A stretch of DNA of 42,839 nucleotides from a virus, in the IMG/VR virus record IMGVR_UViG_3300020815_000001; one strand, 5' to 3'. This document shows, in pieces, positions 1 through 8,361 of this stretch. The notes under the pieces were generated by a model. It saw only the letters and a program-made list of their open reading frames with translations, ran no database searches and was not told where the DNA came from. The stretch's first letter is position 1, and each line of letters opens with the position of its first letter. The position numbers were made by a program, and so were the translations under genes.

Positions 1-141
1 ATAATTAAGGCCAACAAAGAGGATAGGGGATTTTTCCGGATTTATCCTGATGGCGAAGCTCCAGCGTATTATGATTTTGATGACGAGGTATGGTGCTGGA
101 GTGAATTTTCTGGATCGCCAATGCTTAGACCTGACTTTTGG
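1..141. repeat. Terminal direct duplication, copy 1 (identical to 42699..42839); indicates a circular or circularly permuted genome of 42,698 bp
   Basis: Read directly: ataattaaggccaacaaagagg...gacttttgg occurs at both window ends, 141/141 identical. Confidence 0.95.
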
Positions 142-159
142 AGAAAGCTTAAAAAATAA
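1..159 (+). CDS. 3' part of the DUF551-like gene that starts at 42600 (wraps across the window junction)
   Basis: Frame 1 is open from nt 1 to TAA at 157..159. It continues the 42600 ORF through the 141-bp duplication (...RPDFWRKLKK*). Confidence 0.8.
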   Translation: MIKANKEDRGFFRIYPDGEAPAYYDFDDEVWCWSEFSGSPMLRPDFWRKLKK

Positions 160-180
160 ATAAGCGCCCTACGGGGCGCT
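151..180 (-). terminator. Intrinsic terminator at the end of the late/lysis operon, between convergent genes
   Basis: Hairpin AGCGCCC-tacg-GGGCGCT (163..180). On the minus strand it is followed by a U-rich run (rc of aaaaaataaataa, 151..162). The Rz stop codon lies in the stem. Confidence 0.6.
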
Positions 181-621
181 GCGCTTCTTCAGTTCGGCCC
201 GGCAGAATTGTAGGAGTCGATATTGCTCGGCCAAGCCCCGCTCCAAGGCGAAATAATAGCCCGAAGCAATGGGGTCAAGTTCGGCGGCTCCGGTACCAGT
301 TCCGCCGGCATCGGTTCCGGCTCCGGGCACACTAACGGGACACTTGGCCTTGATGTACAGCCGCTCAGGGCCAGCAGTAACACGGCGCTCAAGATCGTCA
401 ATTTCACGATTGTCTTTCTCCTTTTCGGAAAGGTAAGTAGCGCGGATTGATTCGGTCTCGGAGCGGGACTGGATCAATTGACCGTTTATGGCGTCCACGG
501 CTGCGACAGTGGCGTTTGCTGAAGCAAGACTTATCGATCTGACGTCTTTGTCCCAGCGCAGTCCCTGCACATGCCACGCAGCAATGAACGCCGCCAAGGC
601 AACGGCGGCGTACCGGATCAT
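169..621 (-). CDS. Rz: i-spanin (Rz-like)
   Basis: N-terminal TM segment (IRYAAVALAAFIAAW), coiled-coil body and RLYIKAKCP-type motif. The start forms an ATGA overlap with the endolysin stop (618..621). A lipoprotein ORF is embedded in another frame. Confidence 0.8.
   Translation of the reverse strand: MIRYAAVALAAFIAAWHVQGLRWDKDVRSISLASANATVAAVDAINGQLIQSRSETESIRATYLSEKEKDNREIDDLERRVTAGPERLYIKAKCPVSVPGAGTDAGGTGTGAAELDPIASGYYFALERGLAEQYRLLQFCRAELKKRSAP
189..407 (-). CDS. Rz1: o-spanin (Rz1-like lipoprotein) embedded in Rz in another frame
   Basis: MKLTILSAVLLLALSGC lipobox signal followed by a Pro-rich mature part (PEPEPMPAELVPEPP). It lies entirely inside the Rz gene. Confidence 0.8.
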   Translation of the reverse strand: MKLTILSAVLLLALSGCTSRPSVPLVCPEPEPMPAELVPEPPNLTPLLRAIISPWSGAWPSNIDSYNSAGPN

Positions 622-1073
622 ACCGACAGCCCGAACTTCCATGATGCAGGCCATTCTTCAGGATGTGGCTTACCCGGACGCCAAGTGCGAAGGTACATCG
701 CCCAGCCTTCAGCCTCGTTAGTTGGAAGCTTGCCGGAGTCAGTCCACATCAGCAGACGGCAGAATGCGGCCGCAAGCACGTCATCTGTTTCAAGAGCCTC
801 CCATACAGTGCGACGAACGAACGGCACGCCACGCGCATGGCAAACCTTTCGGGCTAGATCAGCGGTAGACTTGTGCTCCATTACGCCTCTGACGCCGCCG
901 CCCTCTTCAAATTGCCAGTAGCCGCGTGCTGGGCCATTTCCGTATTGACGGCGGACAAGATATCCAGACTCTTGCTGGCCTATGGCTGCTTGATTTACCC
1001 TGGCAAAAGGTGAATCCATCTTGAGTGGTAGAAGCTTGTAGGATTCATTCACAGCCGCTGATGGATAGCTCAC
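618..1073 (-). CDS. Endolysin, lytic-transglycosylase (SLT)-like
   Basis: GQQESGY and ARGYWQFE motifs resemble the SLT catalytic Glu-Ser and GxxQ motifs. GTG start with SD GGGGGAG 5 nt upstream and a GTGA overlap with the upstream stop. It sits directly before Rz/Rz1. Confidence 0.6.
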   Translation of the reverse strand: MSYPSAAVNESYKLLPLKMDSPFARVNQAAIGQQESGYLVRRQYGNGPARGYWQFEEGGGVRGVMEHKSTADLARKVCHARGVPFVRRTVWEALETDDVLAAAFCRLLMWTDSGKLPTNEAEGWAMYLRTWRPGKPHPEEWPASWKFGLSV

Positions 1074-1330
1074 TTAATCTCCCCCTGTCTGATCTGCTGC
1101 ATCTGCACATCTTTGGCGTTCATCTGACGCATGTAGCGGCGGTGTAGCGCCTCGCGTTCGGCTGAGTGCGTCTGAGTCATCTCAATGAACGTGCTCTGAA
1201 AATGAATCGACGCAACCATGTAGCCAAAGCCGACCGCCAGCCCGATGGCCAGCGATGAAAGTGACATGAATATCAGCCGGTCCTTTGACCGGCGATTGTG
1301 TTTGCATTGGTCTTCTACTTGCTCAGACAT
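1070..1330 (-). CDS. Putative holin (single-TM small membrane protein)
   Basis: One TM segment (IFMSLSSLAIGLAVGFGYMVASI) with a charged C-terminus, immediately upstream of the endolysin. ATG at 1330 overlaps the upstream stop by 8 nt; an alternative GTG lies at 1339. Confidence 0.45.
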   Translation of the reverse strand: MSEQVEDQCKHNRRSKDRLIFMSLSSLAIGLAVGFGYMVASIHFQSTFIEMTQTHSAEREALHRRYMRQMNAKDVQMQQIRQGEIK

Positions 1331-1667
1331 TTTGCCCACCGCTAAGTTTTTGAATGCTGGCGCGAAGCTCTTCGTTTTCTTCGCGCATGTGCTTCATCTC
1401 AATGATGAGCACCGCGTTTTGCTGCTTAAGATCAGACAAGGATGCATTGATCTCGTTCAGTTTTGCCCGGTACTCATCAATCGCCTGCTCGGCCTTTTCG
1501 GCCCTGGCCTGCCACCTGTCACGATCTTCTGAGAGGATCGTCACCTGGGTTGTCTCGCTTCGCTGAAGCTTGAACCACTGATGAAAGGCGCCGCTGATCG
1601 CAAGGAAAACAGCAACCCCCGCCGATATAGCTCCCGCCAATCCTGTAGTGCTTGTAGGATCTTCCAT
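1323..1667 (-). CDS. Membrane-anchored coiled-coil protein (lysis-associated? holin, antiholin or regulator)
   Basis: N-terminal TM (GLAGAISAGVAVFLAISGAF) followed by a long heptad-like helix. SD AAGGA precedes ATG 1667. It lies between the tail fibre assembly gene and the lysis genes. Confidence 0.3.
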   Translation of the reverse strand: MEDPTSTTGLAGAISAGVAVFLAISGAFHQWFKLQRSETTQVTILSEDRDRWQARAEKAEQAIDEYRAKLNEINASLSDLKQQNAVLIIEMKHMREENEELRASIQKLSGGQNV

Positions 1668-1676
1668 GGTGCGTCC

Positions 1677-2054
1677 TTACTCGGATGGCCAAGGGTACTG
1701 AGCCTGGATCTCTTCAAAGCGGGAAATAGCTTTTGATCGCACATCCTGATAACCAGCTTCTCCCATAATCTGCATACGCATTGCCTCAGAAAAAAGTCGG
1801 TCGCTGCCGGCCAGAGGATCAGCGTAAGCGCGAAGCCGAGCCGACTCAATTTCTTCGCGATTTAGTTCTTTGGGGGCAATTGAAATGCTATTGATTTTAC
1901 CGTTTTCGTCAATGATCCACTGTACATCCTGAGCATTGAACATTTCGGTTTTCTTTGCCCGAGAAATCTTTATTGCACCTTCTGGAATATTATTTATACC
2001 TTCAATTAAGAAGGCAGACAGCTTGTTTTCACCATCGAAAATCACATAATCCAT
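1677..2054 (-). CDS. Tail fibre assembly/chaperone protein
   Basis: 125 aa, immediately downstream of the tail fibre gene. The region is AT-richer than its flanks. The C-terminal part resembles tail-fibre-assembly proteins. Confidence 0.5.
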   Translation of the reverse strand: MDYVIFDGENKLSAFLIEGINNIPEGAIKISRAKKTEMFNAQDVQWIIDENGKINSISIAPKELNREEIESARLRAYADPLAGSDRLFSEAMRMQIMGEAGYQDVRSKAISRFEEIQAQYPWPSE

Positions 2055-2055
2055 A

Positions 2056-3735
2056 TTATTTTCCTATTGCCAAGAAAAAGATTTTCATAGGCTGTGAGTT
2101 TGTGTTTTCCAAAGAAACCTGATTAAGACCAATCGGGTTTGCATGTGGAGCGTAGAGCTGTGAACTCGTTCCGATATATGAGTTGCCAGCAACTACAGAT
2201 CCAAACATCGAAGCAAAGGAAACAGCAAGCTGATAGGTAGCAGCGGTATTTGATGCAATTGTTTGGCTCCCCCACTGAATAATGATACGGCCAAGCCATG
2301 AAGGGAAAACAACATATCCTCCGCCAGCTTCTTGGTAAGTGGCAAAGCCAAGGCCCATTTTTTTTGGCGTGACTATTTTCGCGTCATCGGTAACCGCGTT
2401 AACTTCGGCCTGTGTTGCAATTGCCGCAATACCTGCAGAGCCTTCAGTTGCATTCTTTGAGAAAAAGAAGTCAGACAGAAGCTTTGGAGTTATTGCTGCG
2501 GATGTATTTGTTCCGGCCCCAGCTTCTTGAGAAGTCGCAATTCGTATAACACCAGCTACCGTGGTGGTTGCAGCTACAACTAATGCAGCAAATCTCGCGG
2601 CAAGCTTTTTAGGCGTTATAAATTTGTCGTCAATTGTCCCGTTGTTTGCTTCTGTCTGAGTAGCAACAGCAGAAATTCCCGGGGCACCCTCGCTAGCTGT
2701 TCTTGAATAGAAGAAGCTGGAAAGAGTTGATGGGGTAATAGCAACTGAAGTGTCGGTCCCGCCCCCAGCTTCTACTCCTGTTGCAATCCTTATGATGCCT
2801 TTGACTGTTGTTGATGCGTCAACAACAATAGCCGACAGTCGCTCAGAAAGGCGTCGAGGAGAGATTATTGTCGTGTTGTCAGTCCCCGCCTCGGCAATTG
2901 CCTGTGTTGCAATTGCCGCAATACCTTGAGCAGACTCAGATGCGCGCTTGGTAAAAAACCATGTTGATAGTTTTTGCGGCGTGACGGCAACAGTGTTATT
3001 TGATGAGTCTGCAACTTCAGCAAATGTAGCAAGCTTGACTACACCGGCAACCGACTCTGTTGCTACCTGGATTACGGACGCCAAGAAAATACTTGACCCA
3101 TCTCCATAAATTCCCTGAGTAACGCCAGTTGGAATTTCTGCCCCACTACCGGATGACGTTTTGCAGGTCACGGAAAAAGCGCCAGCGGCACGGTTAACAA
3201 TAAGCCAGTTCTTCCGATAACTAGGCAATATAATTTGTCTATTACCCGTTAGAGTACCTGTAATGATGATTATTGAGCGCGCAGCCTGCAAAGGCGTCAG
3301 CGTCACATTAGCTGTTGACATTACGACAGTGGTGGTTCCAGCGTCTTCCGGCTCCCATTCCGCGCCGCCCGATTCGGGATTGGTTGTATTTCCTGTGGTC
3401 GTGTTACGCCACAAGCCCATACGGTCAGACCTAGAAACTAGAGCGCCGAGAGGATAGCCGCCGTTTTTAGCGACATATGCCGATGACCATACATATTGGC
3501 CGCCAGCGCCGGTATAAACCACATGCTGGCTGATGGCATTAAGCACGCCATTGAAATCTTGCCCACGGGGAGGAATGCCGCCTGCGGGAAGAGGAGTCAT
3601 TGTTGCGAGCGGGAAGCCATAGGTCCACGTCGCCTTTTGAGGTGGATCTGATGGGCCGCGCACTTCGGGAATCGTGTCAATGGTCCCGGATTGAGCATCC
3701 TTTCCGAAGGGGGTAAGAATCAAGTCAGGCTGCAT
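2056..3735 (-). CDS. Tail fibre protein with six tandem ~35-45 aa repeats
   Basis: ATG 3735 is preceded by AAGGAG. There are six copies of G[IV]xxxAT..E...GT....[IV][TS]P..L. The C-terminal part is divergent and AT-richer. It follows the DUF2612/baseplate genes. Confidence 0.8.
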   Translation of the reverse strand: MQPDLILTPFGKDAQSGTIDTIPEVRGPSDPPQKATWTYGFPLATMTPLPAGGIPPRGQDFNGVLNAISQHVVYTGAGGQYVWSSAYVAKNGGYPLGALVSRSDRMGLWRNTTTGNTTNPESGGAEWEPEDAGTTTVVMSTANVTLTPLQAARSIIIITGTLTGNRQIILPSYRKNWLIVNRAAGAFSVTCKTSSGSGAEIPTGVTQGIYGDGSSIFLASVIQVATESVAGVVKLATFAEVADSSNNTVAVTPQKLSTWFFTKRASESAQGIAAIATQAIAEAGTDNTTIISPRRLSERLSAIVVDASTTVKGIIRIATGVEAGGGTDTSVAITPSTLSSFFYSRTASEGAPGISAVATQTEANNGTIDDKFITPKKLAARFAALVVAATTTVAGVIRIATSQEAGAGTNTSAAITPKLLSDFFFSKNATEGSAGIAAIATQAEVNAVTDDAKIVTPKKMGLGFATYQEAGGGYVVFPSWLGRIIIQWGSQTIASNTAATYQLAVSFASMFGSVVAGNSYIGTSSQLYAPHANPIGLNQVSLENTNSQPMKIFFLAIGK

Positions 3736-4351
3736 TGTAGAAAACTCCTTGGCCGAAAGGCTGTAAACCCGAGCCGTCAAAACCGAAAATTCCGCCAGTA
3801 TCGGCGTTTATAATAATGTCAATCTCCACCCCGCACGGCCTGGGCAGAATGTCGGTATTGTAAACCAAGTGAAGCTGATATGCAGACAGGTCGAACTCAA
3901 ACACATAACGCATTTTCATAGGGCCAGTCAAAAGGCAGTAACAAGGCTTTTCGAACATTGAGCGCATCAGGGCGTTTATGTTTGGCGCGGTAGCATAAAC
4001 TATGTTTGAGAGCGCCTTGAAAAGTATCAGCTCCCGATATGCGTCATCTGTAAGCTCCCAAGTATCAGAGCCTCCGCCAGGCGCGCTAAAAGGTCGCTCG
4101 TTGAACGGGAAGAAGCCTTGCTCAAATCCAAAATACTCGCCAGCCGGGTTTACGAATGTAACTGACCGGCCAATACCTACAATCCGCCCCCAAATATCGA
4201 GCCCGAAATTAACCGCAGTAGGCAGATTCATCACAAGATTATAAAAATCCGACGTGAATTTTGACGGGTCAATTGCAGAGGCAAGTGACTTGATAATTGC
4301 CATTAGCCTAGGGCTGTTGGCGTACTGACTCATAATCGTTTTTTCGATCAT
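3725..4351 (-). CDS. DUF2612-like baseplate/tail-fibre-attachment protein
   Basis: The N-terminus ...SQYANSPRLMAIIKSLASAIDP is typical of DUF2612. ATGA overlap with the baseplate J gene. Confidence 0.6.
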   Translation of the reverse strand: MIEKTIMSQYANSPRLMAIIKSLASAIDPSKFTSDFYNLVMNLPTAVNFGLDIWGRIVGIGRSVTFVNPAGEYFGFEQGFFPFNERPFSAPGGGSDTWELTDDAYRELILFKALSNIVYATAPNINALMRSMFEKPCYCLLTGPMKMRYVFEFDLSAYQLHLVYNTDILPRPCGVEIDIIINADTGGIFGFDGSGLQPFGQGVFYNAA

Positions 4352-5541
4352 AGCCCCACCAATGTCACATTAACAGGTGATGTTACTGGGTACTGGTCAA
4401 CACCAAAATTCAAGTAAGGAACCCATGTTGTACCGTTTGTTGAGAGCTCAAGTTTGACCGGCCTGATTGCTGCAGTATCCAGCGCACACATATAGTTTGC
4501 GCCAACGGCAAGGCCGCCAATTCTTGCCCTGTAGTCGCCAGACTGGAACTGTTCAACAATTGAAGCTTTCGCAGCTTCTGAATTTGTGTAGGAGATTGAT
4601 GCAACATCTACAACGGTGAGCCTAAGAAATGTTGTGACATTCGCAGGACGAAGGAAATTTACAACGTACTCAGGAGGAATAACGTTTCCGCTATCAACAT
4701 CTTTCCAGGTTACCGCTGTATTTCCAACGAATGAACAGCCAGTTCCGCCCTTTATGACAATCCATTTTGCTATATCTTGAGGGTCGCCGCCAACAACCGA
4801 AACAAGAAGGCTATTCCGTATCATGGAATAGTTTGTCGAGCCGACTGTAATGGTGTTGTCTGTAAAGTTGTCCTTTACAAAAACGTCGATTACTCCTGGC
4901 AGATTTCCGATTGCCCCGCGAACTGCTCCGTTCGTGTTCTTGCTATTTGCGGCAACAGAATCATATCGACGCGCCTCGAAAGCCGCTCTTGATTCCTGAT
5001 TTGATCCTACCGCCGCAGCGCTTGGATTTTCTACACGGTCAATTCCGTCTATGGTCTGCTTGAAGGTTCTTATTGTCCGCGGGGCGGCCTGTATCGGCCC
5101 TGGCGTATTGCAAGAGGCGTCAGCAGTACCGACCCCATTGGGTCCAATTTTAGAGTCGGCTATCACCGACCATTCAAAACCAGAATCATCAACAAGCAAG
5201 AAGTTTTCAGGAATAACAGTTCCCTGAATCCCGCTAAAGGAAAGCTGTGCGATAGACCGGGTTTCAAGTTTTCTTGTTAGGAAGTAGATCGCCCCTAAAG
5301 CATCCTGAAACAGATCCTTTGCATAGCGAGGGTCGAAATTATTTCCAAGCGCTATAGATGCAGCATCTCGATCGTTTATTATCGCCGTCAGAGACGTTAC
5401 AAGCTGCCCCTGAGGGGTTCTCGCGTCCTCGTTAAGGTCTGAGCCAAAGGCGTTTCGCATGATCTCCCACAGGCCAGCCGTAACCTCTTCGCGGGTAGGG
5501 GCGATCATGCCGATTTCTGTGAATTGAATAGGAGGGATCAT
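4348..5541 (-). CDS. Baseplate J-like protein
   Basis: 397 aa, positioned between the W-like and DUF2612 genes as in Mu/P2-type baseplates. ATGA overlaps on both sides. Confidence 0.65.
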   Translation of the reverse strand: MIPPIQFTEIGMIAPTREEVTAGLWEIMRNAFGSDLNEDARTPQGQLVTSLTAIINDRDAASIALGNNFDPRYAKDLFQDALGAIYFLTRKLETRSIAQLSFSGIQGTVIPENFLLVDDSGFEWSVIADSKIGPNGVGTADASCNTPGPIQAAPRTIRTFKQTIDGIDRVENPSAAAVGSNQESRAAFEARRYDSVAANSKNTNGAVRGAIGNLPGVIDVFVKDNFTDNTITVGSTNYSMIRNSLLVSVVGGDPQDIAKWIVIKGGTGCSFVGNTAVTWKDVDSGNVIPPEYVVNFLRPANVTTFLRLTVVDVASISYTNSEAAKASIVEQFQSGDYRARIGGLAVGANYMCALDTAAIRPVKLELSTNGTTWVPYLNFGVDQYPVTSPVNVTLVGL

Positions 5542-5888
5542 AAGTCTATTTGCCCGGTCTGGTTTTCGTTATTGGTGAACAGAATGGAGCCGGTTGCTGA
5601 TCTCCCGCGTATCTGTAGCTGAGCGTTTGCAGAAACTACGCCCGGGACAGATAGGGCCGCATCCTCAACGTACATTTTGTATAGAGACAGTGGAAAGCCA
5701 TGCTGCCCCAAAACCGCCTCAAAGTAAGGAATCCCAACCGATTGATCGTAATAAACATCGCGCCGAAATGTTCTGGCTGCGGTAGAAATATCCTGGGCCT
5801 GCTGGTAAATATCGCTCGCTACAGCAATATTCCCCGAAGAATCTAAGGCTAGGTCCCAAGTATCAGGCATAAGAAATAAAGTCTTCAT
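5538..5888 (-). CDS. Baseplate wedge protein (gpW/gp25-like position)
   Basis: 116 aa, between the V-like and J-like genes, ATGA coupled. Confidence 0.5.
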   Translation of the reverse strand: MKTLFLMPDTWDLALDSSGNIAVASDIYQQAQDISTAARTFRRDVYYDQSVGIPYFEAVLGQHGFPLSLYKMYVEDAALSVPGVVSANAQLQIRGRSATGSILFTNNENQTGQIDL

Positions 5889-6532
5889 TCCATTGGCACG
5901 CTTGGAGTGGCGCCGCCAGACGGAAGGTGTCCGGCATGCTGGTTATACTGATCGCGCATGTCCTGCATACTGCTCGTTTTGTCGGTAATGTCTGCTGTCG
6001 AGATTATAGGGCAGTTCACTTGCAAAACGGTTGCGTCAACGGATACCGGACCGGTCGAGGTGATATTTATTCCGCTGTCAAGAAAGCGTATCCACTGAGC
6101 CGGGGCTCCGTTAAGAAGGCCGCCGATATAAAGACCGTCAGAAACATCGTGCGTTCTCAAGCTTGGCGGTGGGCCTTCCTGCTTGTTTTGCTTGGCCACA
6201 GTAAGGTCCTGATTAGCAAAAATGGCAATCCCAATATCGCCCGGCTTCGGATCTATGACAATGGCATTCGCGCCTCCCTGAAGCCTGAAATAAGGCATGT
6301 TCTCCATAGGCACGTTGGGAACGCCTTCGTTGTTCCCGTTCGTTTGCTGAATAAGGTCTGTGGCCGACAAGAAGCCAACAGGACCTATACCGCCCGGCAG
6401 GACCTCATTCACCTTAACAAGCGTGGCCGTGTAAGCCTTGCCGATTAGGCGGCTTAGGATGTATTCCCATTGCAGCGGCCCGCCGACCGACTCTTCAGGG
6501 CGTACTGGCTTGTTAACGGCTGATTGCGGCAT
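5885..6532 (-). CDS. Baseplate assembly protein V / spike-like
   Basis: About 215 aa from ATG 6532. The ORF-track start at 6598 would overlap the upstream gene by 86 nt. OB-fold-like N-terminus (ATLVKVNEV...GDIGIAIFANQD), with position and size typical of gpV/Mu gp45. Confidence 0.55.
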   Translation of the reverse strand: MPQSAVNKPVRPEESVGGPLQWEYILSRLIGKAYTATLVKVNEVLPGGIGPVGFLSATDLIQQTNGNNEGVPNVPMENMPYFRLQGGANAIVIDPKPGDIGIAIFANQDLTVAKQNKQEGPPPSLRTHDVSDGLYIGGLLNGAPAQWIRFLDSGINITSTGPVSVDATVLQVNCPIISTADITDKTSSMQDMRDQYNQHAGHLPSGGATPSVPME

Positions 6533-7388
6533 TGTTTGGCTCGTTGTGAGTTGCGCGGAGGTCCATGAACCAGTTCCCGCCTGGCATTTCTGATTCAAGG
6601 TTCAGTGTAACGCCAAATACGCGCCAGTCGCCATTGCAACTCTCGATAACAGAGCCAGCAACACGTATGAGACCGCCAAAGGTGATGCCCGGGTTAAACA
6701 GGCATCGAACGTCAATACCCTGCATGGTGGGAACTGGATAACCAACAAGTCCAGATCCGGGGCGAAGGGTTGCAATACGGGTTTTCCGGGGCACTCCTTG
6801 CGGGGCAATGCTGATGCGGCGCTGTTCAATGTAAAGGTCAATTTGATAGCGCTTGCAGAGCGAGCGTATTTTGTTGAGGTCCGTATCGGCCAAGGTTACG
6901 TCGCTCATTTTCAGGCTTTCAGGAACGCCATTATTTTCAAGCTCGCAATTTATTTTACCGCACAGAACCTTTATCGCATCAACAACAGAGGTCTCACCCT
7001 TGAATGTAATAGGAGAGGCAGGTTGGTAAATGTTTAGCGCAGAGGTTGAACTAGAAATTCTAAATGCAACATCTGGCGCATTGCTCATATCTACATACCC
7101 AAAGGTTATGTTCCCCTCAAATACTGTAGTCAGCTCCTTTCCCTGCTCACCCGCCTCAATTTTTACGGTATTTAGCATGCTTTTAATGTCGCGCCAACGA
7201 ATGCGAGTAAGCTTAAGCATTGCCTCCATATTCAATCCAAAGATTGATATTTCGGCACTAGGAACCACGGAGCCGCCACCAAAATTAATAGTGCAAAGAG
7301 TTCTTAGGTCCTCGGTTACAAGAGGGTTTCCCTTTGCAAAGGTATCGCCAACTAAGGTTATTGTAGTTCTAATTATTTTTTTGTTCAT
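6513..7388 (-). CDS. Baseplate hub / tail protein (Mu gp44- or P2 gpD-like position)
   Basis: 291 aa from ATG 7388, which forms an ATGA overlap with the upstream stop. The call rests on gene order only. Confidence 0.4.
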   Translation of the reverse strand: MNKKIIRTTITLVGDTFAKGNPLVTEDLRTLCTINFGGGSVVPSAEISIFGLNMEAMLKLTRIRWRDIKSMLNTVKIEAGEQGKELTTVFEGNITFGYVDMSNAPDVAFRISSSTSALNIYQPASPITFKGETSVVDAIKVLCGKINCELENNGVPESLKMSDVTLADTDLNKIRSLCKRYQIDLYIEQRRISIAPQGVPRKTRIATLRPGSGLVGYPVPTMQGIDVRCLFNPGITFGGLIRVAGSVIESCNGDWRVFGVTLNLESEMPGGNWFMDLRATHNEPNNAAISR

Positions 7389-7657
7389 GCTTGAAGACCA
7401 AACAAAAACCACCTTTCACCGAGCCCTGTATACTCAGGATCTTCAGTACCTTGAGAGTCAATGAGTTGCAAATCAAAACCCACAGGCGCGTAAGATCGCA
7501 ATGCTCGATTCCTTAGAACGTAGGCGCCGGCTCGCCAGACGGAGATATAAAGATCGCCACGCATTGAATCAACATCAATCGTATAAGCCGTTTCATTCAG
7601 CATGAATGATACTGACTGGTTTGGAATTGCCTGAAGCGGTATTACTTGCAAGGTCAT
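7385..7657 (-). CDS. Small tail/baseplate protein
   Basis: 90 aa, ATGA coupled on both sides, between the post-TMP gene and the hub gene. Confidence 0.4.
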   Translation of the reverse strand: MTLQVIPLQAIPNQSVSFMLNETAYTIDVDSMRGDLYISVWRAGAYVLRNRALRSYAPVGFDLQLIDSQGTEDPEYTGLGERWFLFGLQA

Positions 7658-8361
7658 TGCGGAACCCCCGATTGAGCGCCGTTCACGAATCTTTCAAACA
7701 TAGTCATTGCTTTTTCGCCAACTGTTTCAAGCGTATTTAGAAGCCCGCCATCAGCGCTTATCGAATCGACGGCGCGACTCAAAAGAGATGTGCTTGCCTC
7801 GCCCGTCTGTTGCTCGCCAGTGTCTACCCGTGGTGAGTCTTCAGGGTTTTCCGCCTCTACTGCCTCATAGTTAACCTGGCCCTCCCGCACCTCTTCAAGA
7901 TAGAGGTTGGCAATAATCATGCGGGCGCCATCTTGCGGGCTTCTCGCATAGTCAAAGCCAGTTATTGCAGCATTTCGGTGCACGTACTCAGGTGTAACCA
8001 CGTTGAAAAGAAGCGTAGATTTAGAAAGCAGTTCAAGTTGAGCAATGAATGCCCCGCGCAGCGCAGCGCTTCCGCCACCCCTAGCCATAGTTACAACCGA
8101 CTGATAAGGGTTTTGAACCTTGTTGTAACTTGTGAAAGTTCCTTTCTCTACAGGTGCCTGAGAGATTTGGCTGTTATTCTGGTATTTGACAGAATAAACG
8201 GTATCAGCCAAAAGTATAGGAACCCCAAATTGATTGTAGACGCCCCATTGATTTCCAAAAATCATCCTGATTAAAGTGGCACCACCAAAGCTTATAATCG
8301 CGTCAGTTCCAGAGGAAACAAGGCCCTTGAAGTCTGGAATATCTGGTATACCCGGAATCAT
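7654..8361 (-). CDS. Tail protein following the tape measure (DNA-circulation-like position)
   Basis: 235 aa. The start shares 1 nt with the TMP stop (TAATG). The call rests on gene order only. Confidence 0.4.
   Translation of the reverse strand: MIPGIPDIPDFKGLVSSGTDAIISFGGATLIRMIFGNQWGVYNQFGVPILLADTVYSVKYQNNSQISQAPVEKGTFTSYNKVQNPYQSVVTMARGGGSAALRGAFIAQLELLSKSTLLFNVVTPEYVHRNAAITGFDYARSPQDGARMIIANLYLEEVREGQVNYEAVEAENPEDSPRVDTGEQQTGEASTSLLSRAVDSISADGGLLNTLETVGEKAMTMFERFVNGAQSGVPQ

Noticed and set aside
2056-3735. Diversity-generating retroelement acting on the tail fibre repeats
   Set aside because: There is no reverse transcriptase and no template repeat outside the gene. The repeats are in-frame structural repeats.
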